From positions 1-64,000 of the forward strand of contig CAVZQC010000006.1 in NCBI GenBank assembly GCA_963777315.1: 64,000 bases of DNA. Reading direction: 5' to 3'. This DNA comes from Vulcanimicrobiota bacterium (GTDB lineage Bacteria > Vulcanimicrobiota > Vulcanimicrobiia > Vulcanimicrobiales > Vulcanimicrobiaceae). The translations under genes and the position numbers were made by a program. Under the pieces are notes generated by a model. It made no database searches. It saw nothing but the letters and a program-made list of their open reading frames with translations, and was not told where the DNA came from. This document shows positions 50,815 to 59,939 of this stretch, piece by piece. Position 1 is the stretch's first letter. Every line of letters begins with the position of its first letter.

Positions 50815-51241
50815 ATGCTTACCGAAAACACGGTGCTCGCTCTTGGGCTTTCGCGCTCCGAAGCCGCCCTTCGCCGGCGTTTGGAGGGCCCGCTTGGCGG
50901 CGGCCACGGCATCGGCTACACGGATTTTTTGATTATGGCCGAGCTTTCCTCAGTTCACGGACGGCGTTTGCGCGCGGTCGACTTGGCCAAACGTCTCATG
51001 CTCAGCCCCTCGGGCATAACGCGCGCCGTGCTGCCGCTCGAGAAGATCGGCCTGGTCACTCGCATCGCGCACGAGCGCGACGGGCGCGGGAGCTGACATC
51101 GCTCTCACGGCCGCCGGCGAAGCGCGTATCGCGCAAGCGATACCAACCGTCGAGCGCGTCGTGGACGAGGCCTTTGCCGGAAACGTCACGCGCACCGATC
51201 GAATCGCCCTTTTGGGATTGTTCGAGCGCTTAGGATACTGA
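50815..51241 (+). CDS. MarR-family regulator; frameshift near 51094
   Basis: [14 protein letters not shown]…LEKIGLV.R…DGR, continuing DIALTAAG…LGY* in a shifted frame. Confidence 0.75.
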
Positions 51242-51264
51242 TTCGCGGCGGCGAATGGTGCGGC

Positions 51265-52059
51265 GTGCAGCAATATCTTGCGTTTTTACATCACATCATC
51301 GAAAGCGGCGCCGAAAAGAGCGATCGCACGGGGATCGGCACGCGCAGCGTATTCGGCTACCAGATGCGTTTCAATCTGCGCGACGGCTTTCCGCTGGTCA
51401 CGACCAAACGTCTGCACACCCGATCGATCGTGTACGAACTGCTGTGGTTCCTGCGCGGCGATACCAACGTGAAGTACCTGCACGACAACGGCGTAACGAT
51501 TTGGGATGAATGGGCCGATGTGAACGGCGATCTCGGACCAATCTACGGCGCCCAGTGGCGCTCTTGGCCTTCTACCGGCGGCAGTGCGATCGATCAGTTC
51601 TCGGCCGTTCTGGAGGAAATCGAACGCAATCCCGATTCCCGCCGCCTGATCGTGAGTGCGTGGAACGTCGCGCAACTGGGCGAAATGGCGCTGGCACCCT
51701 GCCACGTGCTGTTTCAGTTCTACGTTTGCGACGGCAAACTTTCGTGCCAGCTCTACCAGCGCAGCGCCGACGCGTTTTTGGGAGTACCGTTCAACATAGC
51801 ATCGTACGCACTGCTCACGCACATGGTAGCCTACCAATGCCGTTTGGAACCCGGCGAGTTCATTTGGACGGCGGGCGATTGCCATCTCTACAACACGCAC
51901 TTAGAACAGGCCCGATTGCAGCTCGCGCGCGCGCCTTTTCCGCTGCCGCACTTGGCGTTCAAGCGGCGCCCGCATTCGATCTTCGACTACCGCTTCGAGG
52001 ACATCGTCTTCATCGGCTACGAGTCGCATCCGCCCATTCGCGCTCAGGTGGCCGTTTAG
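51265..52059 (+). CDS. thyA: Thymidylate synthase
   Basis: DRTGIGT, ELLWFL, LAPCH, YQRSAD.FLGVPFN. Confidence 0.97.
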   Translation: MQQYLAFLHHIIESGAEKSDRTGIGTRSVFGYQMRFNLRDGFPLVTTKRLHTRSIVYELLWFLRGDTNVKYLHDNGVTIWDEWADVNGDLGPIYGAQWRSWPSTGGSAIDQFSAVLEEIERNPDSRRLIVSAWNVAQLGEMALAPCHVLFQFYVCDGKLSCQLYQRSADAFLGVPFNIASYALLTHMVAYQCRLEPGEFIWTAGDCHLYNTHLEQARLQLARAPFPLPHLAFKRRPHSIFDYRFEDIVFIGYESHPPIRAQVAV

Positions 52060-52067
52060 GCGTAAGC

Positions 52068-52607
52068 GTGCGTCCGCGCGTGATCTTCGTCGTTGCGCAC
52101 GATCGCCGCGGCATCATGGGCCGTGACGGTACGCTCCCGTGGCGTTTGCCGGCGGACATGGTGCGATTTCGCGCGCTGACGATCGGCAAATCCGTCGTTA
52201 TGGGGCGGAAAACGTACGAGGCGATCGGCAAGCCGCTGCAGCGCCGGCGCAATATCGTTCTCACGCGCAATGCGACGTTTTGCCCGGACGGCGCCGAAAT
52301 CGCGCGGTCGGTCGACGAAGCCTTTGAAATGACCCTGGCCGATCGTGAAATCGCAGTCATCGGCGGCGCGCAGATCTTCAATGAGTTTTCGCCGTACGTC
52401 GACAGCGCATTCGTGACGGAGATCGACGCAGACGTCGAGGGCGACGTCCACTATGCCGCGCCGGAGCGCGCGCATACGCGCCGCGTGCTCGAACGGCACC
52501 CGGCCGACGAACGCAACGCGTATGCTATGCAATTCGTGCGCTACGATTACGCCGTGAATCCCGACGTGGCCGGCGGTTCGGCAAACGAATCGAACCCGTC
52601 GCAATAG
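52068..52607 (+). CDS. folA: Dihydrofolate reductase
   Basis: LPWRLPADM..F…T, VMGRKTYE, RRNIVLT, VIGG. Confidence 0.92.
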   Translation: MRPRVIFVVAHDRRGIMGRDGTLPWRLPADMVRFRALTIGKSVVMGRKTYEAIGKPLQRRRNIVLTRNATFCPDGAEIARSVDEAFEMTLADREIAVIGGAQIFNEFSPYVDSAFVTEIDADVEGDVHYAAPERAHTRRVLERHPADERNAYAMQFVRYDYAVNPDVAGGSANESNPSQ

Positions 52608-53332
52608 CGCACGCCGGCCAAGTACAGCCCGTGTGCGGGCGCGGTCAATCCCGCAGCCGCGCGATCGCGCGCGGCCAGAATTTGCGGAATAGTCCCAGGG
52701 TCGCGGCGACCGATGCCGCATTCGACCAGCGTGCCGACGATCGTGCGAACCATTCGATGCAAAAATCCGTCTGCGCGAATTTCGATTCTGACCAGGTCAC
52801 CCTTACGCCGCGCATCGAGCAGCGTTACGGTCCGAATCGTCGGTCCGCTTTCGGGAAGCGCGCCGCAAAACGATCGGAAGTCGCGTTCGCCCACCAGATG
52901 GCGCGCACCCTGGGCAAAACGATCGACGTCGAACTCCGACCAGACGTGATAAGCGTATCGCGCGAGCAGAGGCGACGGCTCGCGCGCATTGTACACGACG
53001 TAGACGTAGGTGCGTTCGCGGGCGGAGAACCGCGCTGAAAAATCATCGCCTACGACGTCTATCGCTCGCAGCGCAACGTCGCATGGAAGGGCGCTGTTGG
53101 CCGCGACGGCAAAGCGCTCGAAAGGAAAAGCCGTCTGCGCTTTCCACGAGACGACTTGTCCGGTTGCATGCACGCCCGCGTCGGTGCGTCCCGCAGCGGT
53201 GATTTTTACCGGCCGGCGCAAGAGCGAAGAAAACGTTCGCTCGAGTTCGCCGGCGACGGTTCGCACGGACTGCTGATACTGCAAACCGCAAAATTTCGTA
53301 CCGTCGTACGCTACGACGGCGCGGAGGGTCGT
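52547..53332 (-). CDS. truA: tRNA pseudouridine(38-40) synthase
   Basis: YDG..F.G.Q, AGRTDAGVHA.GQV, FL..MVR.IVG, TAPAHGLYL; start codon unclear (ACG at 53332). Confidence 0.92.
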   Translation of the reverse strand, partial: TTLRAVVAYDGTKFCGLQYQQSVRTVAGELERTFSSLLRRPVKITAAGRTDAGVHATGQVVSWKAQTAFPFERFAVAANSALPCDVALRAIDVVGDDFSARFSARERTYVYVVYNAREPSPLLARYAYHVWSEFDVDRFAQGARHLVGERDFRSFCGALPESGPTIRTVTLLDARRKGDLVRIEIRADGFLHRMVRTIVGTLVECGIGRRDPGTIPQILAARDRAAAGLTAPAHGLYLAGVRYCDGFDSFAEPPATSGFTA

Positions 53333-53772
53333 TACGCTGCGGCTGTCTCCCGGCGCGGAACCGTGCGCTTCTCGTCCAGGTCCAGCAGGTCGGCCCAGCT
53401 CGTCACGTCGGTGCGATCCGGCGCTATTTCGTTGCGCACTTTCAGAAAGTACGCCAGCGACTCGCCCTGCGGCTTGTGGGTCACCCAATCGCGATTCCAA
53501 TCCGCGATCTCCCTGGGCGATTTCTTGGCGACCACGGGTTCGAGATAGCTTTCGATGTCGGCATCGCTCTTGGCGTTCTTGACCACGGCAAGCAGTTCAT
53601 CGCCGTCGACTCCCAAGAAGTCGAAAAGCGCCTCGTCCATGGGGCAGTCGTAGTTGTACTCCCCCGGGTTGCCGTAGGCTTTCGCCTTGGCTTTGTCGAT
53701 GGTGCGCGCCAGCTGCACGAGCCCGTGCACCTCTTCGTGCACGCTGCGGGGATAGGTCTTGGTCAGATCCAC
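53332..53772 (-). CDS. DUF5069-like protein
   Basis: DLTK.YPRS…LAR.IDKAKA…GEYNYDCPMD…F.FLG…DLDE. Confidence 0.7.
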   Translation of the reverse strand: MDLTKTYPRSVHEEVHGLVQLARTIDKAKAKAYGNPGEYNYDCPMDEALFDFLGVDGDELLAVVKNAKSDADIESYLEPVVAKKSPREIADWNRDWVTHKPQGESLAYFLKVRNEIAPDRTDVTSWADLLDLDEKRTVPRRETAAA

Positions 53773-53791
53773 GGTGTGGGGTAACTCCTGT

Positions 53792-53841
53792 CTTACGGAA
53801 AGTAAGTGACGGAATCCAGAACCCCGCTTACTCTGCGTAAG
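53792..53841. promoter_or_regulatory. Tandem palindromic operators CTTAC-N5-GTAAG
   Basis: CTTACggaaaGTAAG (53792-53806) and CTTACtctgcGTAAG (53827-53841). Confidence 0.6.
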
Positions 53842-53860
53842 TTTCAGGCCGAATAGTAGC

Positions 53861-54022
53861 CTAGCGCGCTTCGCATTGGGCGTGCGAGCAGCGGCATGCC
53901 CCTTGCGCGCCGGGAAGTCCGCCGCCGTGCGTGGCCGCTTCCTTGCATGCGTGGCTGCAGTACTGTTCGCCCACGTCGACCGTGCACGTGCACGGCTCGT
54001 GCGCGCACTTTACGCTTTGCAT
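53861..54022 (-). CDS. Bacterial metallothionein-like protein (53 aa, absent from ORF track)
   Basis: MQSVKCAHEPCTCTVDVGEQYCSHACKEAATHGGGLPGAQGACRCSHAQCEAR; 8 Cys, 4 His. Confidence 0.8.
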   Translation of the reverse strand: MQSVKCAHEPCTCTVDVGEQYCSHACKEAATHGGGLPGAQGACRCSHAQCEAR

Positions 54023-54027
54023 AGGGT

Positions 54028-55515
54028 TTACCCGTGCCCGCGCTGGAGCGGAAACAAAATGACGTCGCGTACGCTGGCGGAGTTCGTGAGCAGCATGATC
54101 AATCGATCGACCCCGATGCCGATACCGGCCGTCGGCGGCATGCCGTATTCCAGAGCGCGAACAAAATCCCAGTCGGGCGAGGGGACTTCTTCGTCGCCGC
54201 CCGTGCGTTCGGCCACCTGCGCTTCGAAGCGCGACCGCTGGTCGTCGGGATCGTTCAGCTCGGTAAAGGCGTTGCTGATCTCCATGTTCGCGCAGAATAG
54301 TTCATAGCGGTCCGCGATCGCGGCATCGCCCGCACGACGCTTGGCCAGCGGCGAAAGCACCACCGGATATCCCGTTACGAACGTCGGCTGGATCAGGTGC
54401 GGCTCGACGACGCGCTCGAAGATCTTGTCGAGCGCGTGGCCCTGCGAGGGCGATTCGGGCAGGCCTAAATCCTCGAGCGCCGCCGCCGCCCCGCCTGCAT
54501 CGAGCAATTGTTCGCGCGCATAGCCGCCGTGCTCGCGAATCGCCGTGAGATAGTCGAGGCGTTGAAACGGGCGCGCAAACGAAATGCAGGCGTCGCGCAC
54601 GGGCAATTCGTCCTTGCCGCCGCTGACGAACGCAACGAGATGCGCCAGCAGCGCCTCGTTGAACTCCATCATGTCGGCGACGTCCCAGTACGCCGCATAC
54701 AGTTCGAGCATCGTGAACTCGGGATTGTGCGTCGTGTCGATACCTTCGTTGCGAAAGATGCGCCCGATCTCGTAAACGCGTTCCATTCCGCCCACGATGA
54801 GCCGCTTGAGGTTGAGCTCGGTCGCAATGCGCAGCTGCATCTGCTGCTCCAAGGCATTCACGTGCGTAATGAACGGACGAGCTGCAGCGCCGCCGGCAAC
54901 GTGCAGCAGGGTCGGCGTTTCGACCTCGAAAAACCCGTGCGCATCGATGAACCGCCGCATTTCGGCGATGATGCGGCTGCGCATGACGAACCCGTCCCGA
55001 ACCTGCGGGTTCACGATCAGATCGACGTAGCGCTGCCGATAGCGCTTCTCGACGTCGGTCAAGCCGTGCCATTTGTCGGGCAGCGGATGAAGCGACTTGC
55101 AGAGTATCGCAAATTCGCGCACGTGCAGCGTGAGTTCGCCCATCTTCGAACGGAACATGAAACCGTGCACGCCGGCGATGTCGCCGATGTCCAAGTCGAT
55201 CCAGTCTTGGAACCGCTCTGCGCCGATCTCGTCTTTGCGCACGTACAATTGCAAACGGCCCGTGCGGTCCTGCAAGTCCGCGAAAACGGTTTTGCCCATG
55301 CGGCGCTTGGACATGATGCGGCCGGCAAGCGACCACAGCTCGCTCTCGGCTCGCTGCTCGGGAGTGAGGACGGCGTATTTCTGCGACAACTCCGCGGCGC
55401 TCGTGTCGATGGAATAGCGCGTGCCGGCAAACGGATCCGTTCCGCGCGAACGTAAAGCGGCCAGATTTTCACGTCTGGCCGCCACAAGTGCTCGTTCGGA
55501 TCCGGTAAGGTCCAT
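54028..55515 (-). CDS. lysS: Lysine--tRNA ligase (class II)
   Basis: LPDKWHGL, RYRQRY, FRNEGID.THNPEFT, YGMPPTAGIGIGVDR. Confidence 0.95.
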   Translation of the reverse strand: MDLTGSERALVAARRENLAALRSRGTDPFAGTRYSIDTSAAELSQKYAVLTPEQRAESELWSLAGRIMSKRRMGKTVFADLQDRTGRLQLYVRKDEIGAERFQDWIDLDIGDIAGVHGFMFRSKMGELTLHVREFAILCKSLHPLPDKWHGLTDVEKRYRQRYVDLIVNPQVRDGFVMRSRIIAEMRRFIDAHGFFEVETPTLLHVAGGAAARPFITHVNALEQQMQLRIATELNLKRLIVGGMERVYEIGRIFRNEGIDTTHNPEFTMLELYAAYWDVADMMEFNEALLAHLVAFVSGGKDELPVRDACISFARPFQRLDYLTAIREHGGYAREQLLDAGGAAAALEDLGLPESPSQGHALDKIFERVVEPHLIQPTFVTGYPVVLSPLAKRRAGDAAIADRYELFCANMEISNAFTELNDPDDQRSRFEAQVAERTGGDEEVPSPDWDFVRALEYGMPPTAGIGIGVDRLIMLLTNSASVRDVILFPLQRGHG

Positions 55516-56064
55516 TACGCGGTTCGTCAGACTCGCTTTCTTGGCGGCTTTCTTCGGCGCGACGCTTCCGCTCTTTATCGACTCGATTTTGTATTTTGCG
55601 ACCCCGCGCGGTGTGGCCACGTCGACGGTTTCGCCCTTTTTATGTCCGATCAGCGCACGGCCCAGCGGCGATTCGTTGCTCACCCGCTGATTGACCGGAT
55701 CGGCTTCGGCCGAACCGACGATCGAAAACTCGTGGCTGGAATGCGTTTTGAGATCCTTGACCTTGACGGTAGAACCCAGATGCACCTCGCCCGACGCGTA
55801 ATCGGACTCGTCGATGATGCGCGAGTTGCGGATCATCCCTTCGAGCTTGAGAATCCGTCCTTCGATAAACGCCTGCTCTTGCTTGGCGTCCTCGTATTCG
55901 GCGTTTTCGCTCAGATCGCCGAACTCTTTGGCCTGACGGATGCGGTCGTTGACCTCCCTGCGGTGAATGGTCTTGAGATCGTCGAGCTCCCGCTCGAGCT
56001 TCTCCAGACCCTCTCTGGTGAGGACGATCTCTTTGTCGTTCAAGTAAGGACCCTCGGTAATCAA
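55516..56064 (-). CDS. greA: Transcription elongation factor GreA (reads in frame into lysS in this sequence)
   Basis: LT.EG..KL..EL, GDLSENAEY..AK, SNESPLGRALIG. Confidence 0.92.
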
Positions 56065-56202
56065 AGGCGCCCGGCAAAAGCCGGACGGCCTCGTGTGTAA
56101 GTCAAGCGCCGCTGTACGGGGCGGCGCCAGCGCCGTTGGTTCGCAGTGCCCCGGGGGGTCGCCTGCCGATGCTCGACAGCATACCCCATCGGCGCGGCGG
56201 TG

Positions 56203-57114
56203 TCACCTGCCGGATAACTGGATAACGCGGGGCTGCAGGTGCAGGTCGCGCAGGAGGCGTTCGTAGTCGGCGGCCGTCACGTCCCCCCATCGCTTCCCCA
56301 GCAGAGCAAGCAGCGCCGCTTCGAGGACGTTGGTTCCGAACGACCGGCCTTGGAAGTCCGGCGTAGTGGTGATGAGCGTTTTCACGCCGCGTTCGCGCAA
56401 TTCGTCGACGTCTTTTTCGGTCACGGTATTGGTCAGCACGACTTTTCCCGCGAGATCGTCGGGCATGAACTGGCGCATGAAATGAAAGTCGCCGGCGATG
56501 ATGTCGGCCTCCCGGTAGTATTGCGGATATTTGGGCTGCGGCGGCTTTTCTTGCTTTTTGCCGGTCGGATAGAAGAATTGAAACGGCAGCTTGCAGGCAT
56601 CCGGCAGATACTTTTCGGCCATCGCTTCGAATTCGGCTAGTCCTTTGACCGGTTTGTCGAGATCGAGCGCGAAAATGAAATCTCCGAACAGCACGTCGGC
56701 CCCCGCTTCCACGAGCGCCTGAGCCATGCCGAAACGATCGAGCGCACTGACCATCAACACGTGCATGCCGGCAAGATTCATCCCGAGGTCCTGCTGCATG
56801 AACCGCACCGCTTCGCGCTCGAGCGTGTTCTTCAAACCACTTCCGTCTACGACCGGAGTGATCGTCGCAGCCTCGAGCAAACGCAGGCCATCGCGCAGCG
56901 CAAACCGGTGCCGCCCGGCATAGAGGTACACGTCGATGCCGCCAAGGCCGATGGCGTCGACCGTCCCGTCGAGTTCGCGCACCTTGGCGATGGCGTGGTC
57001 GAGTTTTCCGTCGGTGCCCACGCGCGAGATATCGAACTGCTCGCCCAAGAGCGTTACGTCCGCGCGGTGGTCTCGGGTGCTGCTGCCCAACGAGACCGAC
57101 ACGACTTTTTTCAC
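56203..57114 (-). CDS. Conserved hypothetical protein (in frame with the upstream gene here)
   Basis: KKVVSVSLGSS.RD, DAIGLGG, VDGSGLK.TLE, GRSFGTN; GTG 57114 overlaps an out-of-frame TGA. Confidence 0.65.
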   Translation of the reverse strand: MKKVVSVSLGSSTRDHRADVTLLGEQFDISRVGTDGKLDHAIAKVRELDGTVDAIGLGGIDVYLYAGRHRFALRDGLRLLEAATITPVVDGSGLKNTLEREAVRFMQQDLGMNLAGMHVLMVSALDRFGMAQALVEAGADVLFGDFIFALDLDKPVKGLAEFEAMAEKYLPDACKLPFQFFYPTGKKQEKPPQPKYPQYYREADIIAGDFHFMRQFMPDDLAGKVVLTNTVTEKDVDELRERGVKTLITTTPDFQGRSFGTNVLEAALLALLGKRWGDVTAADYERLLRDLHLQPRVIQLSGR

Positions 57115-58236
57115 GCGATGGCGCCTTTTCGCCGTTCGTGTGCGGCCAGCGCGTATCGAGGCGATCCGCTCCGGAGTGATGGCGGCGTCGAACGCGCGCA
57201 TGTCCGCCGTCGAAAATCCGCAGCGCTCGGCCATCTCTTGAATCTCGATCACTTTCTGCAGCTCGATCCCGCGGCCGAGCGTGTAGTTTTCGAGCCGGTT
57301 CTCCAGCGCGAGCACCATTGTCTCGCTCATGCACGCCAGCGCGGTGCGCGGGGGCAGGTTCAAATCAAATTCTTCGCCCGGTTCGCGCACGCGCTCGAAG
57401 TGCGGATTTCCCGGCAGCAGCATATTGCCGCCTTCGGTCACGAGCACGTCCGGCCGATCTTCGGCGACTCGGCGGCTGACGTCGTGCGGGAGCGACAGTT
57501 CGCAGACCACCGCGCCGGTTTGCAGGTCCTCAGGTTCAATGACGTCCTGCGTCGAGCTGGTTGCGGTCAACACGAGCTGCGCTTGGCGTACGGCTTGCGA
57601 AATATCGGTCGTGTACGAAGACTCGCACGGCAAAGCGCCCGCAATCGATTCGTAAAATTTCGCAAGGCGCGTGTGGTTGCGCGCCACGAGGATCACTCGA
57701 TTGACCTTGGGTGCGATCAAACGCACGCAGGCCGATCCGATCGATCCGGTCGCTCCAACCACGACCGCCGTTGCGCTCTCGAGATCGATCTCCATCTCTT
57801 GCGCTCCGCGAAACAAACTCTGAATGCCGGCGGCAATCGTGAGCGAGTTCCCGGTCGTGACGGGAATCGGCGAACGCTGCGCTATCGTCACGCCGCCGTC
57901 GCCGACCACGCCGGTAAACGCGCCCAGGCCGGCGATGTCCGCGCCGAGCTCGACGCCGATCTCGATCGCGCGCACGATTCGCTTGTAGACTTCCTCGCGC
58001 GGAAACGCCATGATCTGCTCGGAAAAGAGCGCGGCCGACACGAACCAGCCCTCGGTTTCGCGGCCGTCCGGGGTACGCACGCCGGTGACGTGCGCTGCGG
58101 CCCACGACGGCATCCACTCCATGATCTTGCGGATGATCGCCGGGCCTTTGCCTTTGGCGTTGGGCTCGTAGCGCACCAGATCCTCGAGCGAAAGCGGGTG
58201 GACCACGAAGCAGAATTTCGGCGTGTTGACGCTCAT
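57111..58236 (-). CDS. Acyl-ACP-reductase-like Rossmann-fold dehydrogenase
   Basis: F.F.VHP, GLGAFT, TTGNS.T, VVGATGSIG, PHDV, ACMSET..LALE. Confidence 0.7.
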
Positions 58237-58667
58237 TTTTCGGCCTCGCGCTTGAGCGCGGCCAGCATCATCTCGCTGTTCTCACGCACCTTGCGCTCCA
58301 GCGTGGGGCCGATGAGTTCGACCAACGTCGGCACGCCGAAGTCGTAGTCTACGCCCAGCACGACGTGCGTTCTGCCGCCGTTTTCGTCGAACGTCCAGGC
58401 GCCTTCGAATTTGTCCAAATCGCCTTCGAGCAGCTTGTAGTCGATGCGCAGCGCAGCGTCGTCGAAACGATCTTCTTCCGTCCACTCGATGGGCGCTTCT
58501 TCAACGAGCGTTTTCCAGCGCGTGAGCAGACTGTCGGGCCGGCGTTCTAAAACGGTCACCGTTTCAACGTCGGGCATGAACTGCGGGAACCGCTCCTGCT
58601 GCTTGGCAAGCTCGTAGACGACGCGGGCCGGGGCGGCGATCACGATGGACGTTTCAACATACGGCAT
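58233..58667 (-). CDS. SRPBCC/START-fold (polyketide cyclase-like) protein
   Basis: I.AP…VY…E.FPQFMPDV, GD…FEG.W.F. Confidence 0.8.
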   Translation of the reverse strand: MPYVETSIVIAAPARVVYELAKQQERFPQFMPDVETVTVLERRPDSLLTRWKTLVEEAPIEWTEEDRFDDAALRIDYKLLEGDLDKFEGAWTFDENGGRTHVVLGVDYDFGVPTLVELIGPTLERKVRENSEMMLAALKREAEK

Positions 58668-58673
58668 GGAAGC

Positions 58674-59939
58674 TTACAGTGCGCCGAGCTTCTCCTGGGC
58701 GGTCGCCAGCCCTGCTTGCAAAGCGTCCAAGGCCCTGTCGACTTCTTCGCGCGTAACGACCAGCGGTGGTTCCAAGCGAATAACGCGCTGCATGTTGAGC
58801 GTCCAGGCTGCAGTGACGCCGCGCTTGACCATCTCGGGAATGATCCACCCGCCGTATCCTTCGCTGGTCAATTCGACGCCGACGAGCAATCCCAAGCCGC
58901 GCGCCTCGCGAACCACCGTGGGATACCTGCGTGCGAGCTCGCGCGCACCCGTCAACAGCTGTTCGCCGCGCGCGCGCGCGTTCTCCACGAGGTTTTCGTC
59001 GACGAGCGCGTTCATCGCAGCCAGCGCGGCCGCACACGCGAGCTCGTTCCCGCCGAACGTCGACGTGTGCATGACCGGATGCTTGGCATACGCGGCATTC
59101 CAGACGCTCGGGCGCGCAATGTACGCTCCCACGGGAATCACGCCGCCCGAGAGTCCTTTGGCCAGCATCATAACGTCCGGTACGACGCCGTCACGGTTGC
59201 AACCGAACAGCATGCCGCAGCGTCCCAGGCCCGTCTGCACCTCATCGGCTAGCAGCAACGCGCCGGCTGCATCGCACAGCTCGCGCACCGTGCGCAAATA
59301 TCCCGCCGGGGGCACGTTCACGCCGCCTTCGCCTTGCACGGGCTCGACGATGAATGCGGCGGCGTCGCGCAGCGCGTCTTCCAAGCCCGCGGTAACCCCG
59401 TAGTCCACGTGCACGACCTCGGTCAGCAGCGGCGCGTACGCTTCTTTGAAATACTCCCTTCCGCTCGCTGAGAGCGCGCCGAGCGTCTTGCCGTGAAAGG
59501 CGTTGCGCGTCGCGACGATCGTGCGGCGTTTGGTCGCAGCGCGCGCGAGCTTGATGGCCCCCTCCACCGCTTCGGTTCCGCTGTTGCCGAAAAACGAAAT
59601 CTGCAGATCGCCCGGCGCGAGTTGCGCGAGCCGCTTGGAGACGCGGCCCAGCATCACGTTGAACATCGTCTTGCCCGAAAGCGACATCGACTCCATTTGC
59701 GTTTTGACCGCCTGCACGACTTTGGGATGGCTGTGCCCGAGCGTGAAAACGCCGTAGCCGCCGGCGAAATCCAGATACGCTTTGCCGTTGTGATCCCAAA
59801 TCGTCGATCCGCGCGCGCGAACCTCCACCGGGCTGCCCGAAAGCTTCATCACGCGCGCCAGCGGAGGATTTACGTACTGCTTGTAGTTATCGCAGGTTTC
59901 TTCGTACAGCGCTTGCGGCGAAGCTGCACCGTCGGTCAC
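58674..59939 (-). CDS. Class III PLP aminotransferase
   Basis: NSGTEAVEGA, FHGKT, EPVQGEGG, DEVQTG.GR, AKGLSGG, STFGGN; GTG 59939 overlaps the dusB stop. Confidence 0.9.
   Translation of the reverse strand: MTDGAASPQALYEETCDNYKQYVNPPLARVMKLSGSPVEVRARGSTIWDHNGKAYLDFAGGYGVFTLGHSHPKVVQAVKTQMESMSLSGKTMFNVMLGRVSKRLAQLAPGDLQISFFGNSGTEAVEGAIKLARAATKRRTIVATRNAFHGKTLGALSASGREYFKEAYAPLLTEVVHVDYGVTAGLEDALRDAAAFIVEPVQGEGGVNVPPAGYLRTVRELCDAAGALLLADEVQTGLGRCGMLFGCNRDGVVPDVMMLAKGLSGGVIPVGAYIARPSVWNAAYAKHPVMHTSTFGGNELACAAALAAMNALVDENLVENARARGEQLLTGARELARRYPTVVREARGLGLLVGVELTSEGYGGWIIPEMVKRGVTAAWTLNMQRVIRLEPPLVVTREEVDRALDALQAGLATAQEKLGAL

Noticed and set aside
56066..56092. Hairpin CCGGC-AAAA-GCCGG upstream of greA as terminator or attenuator
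   Set aside because: Short stem and no convincing U-tract
56203..58236. 677-aa reductase fusion protein
   Set aside because: GTGA stop/start overlap at 57111-57114 indicates two genes joined by an indel
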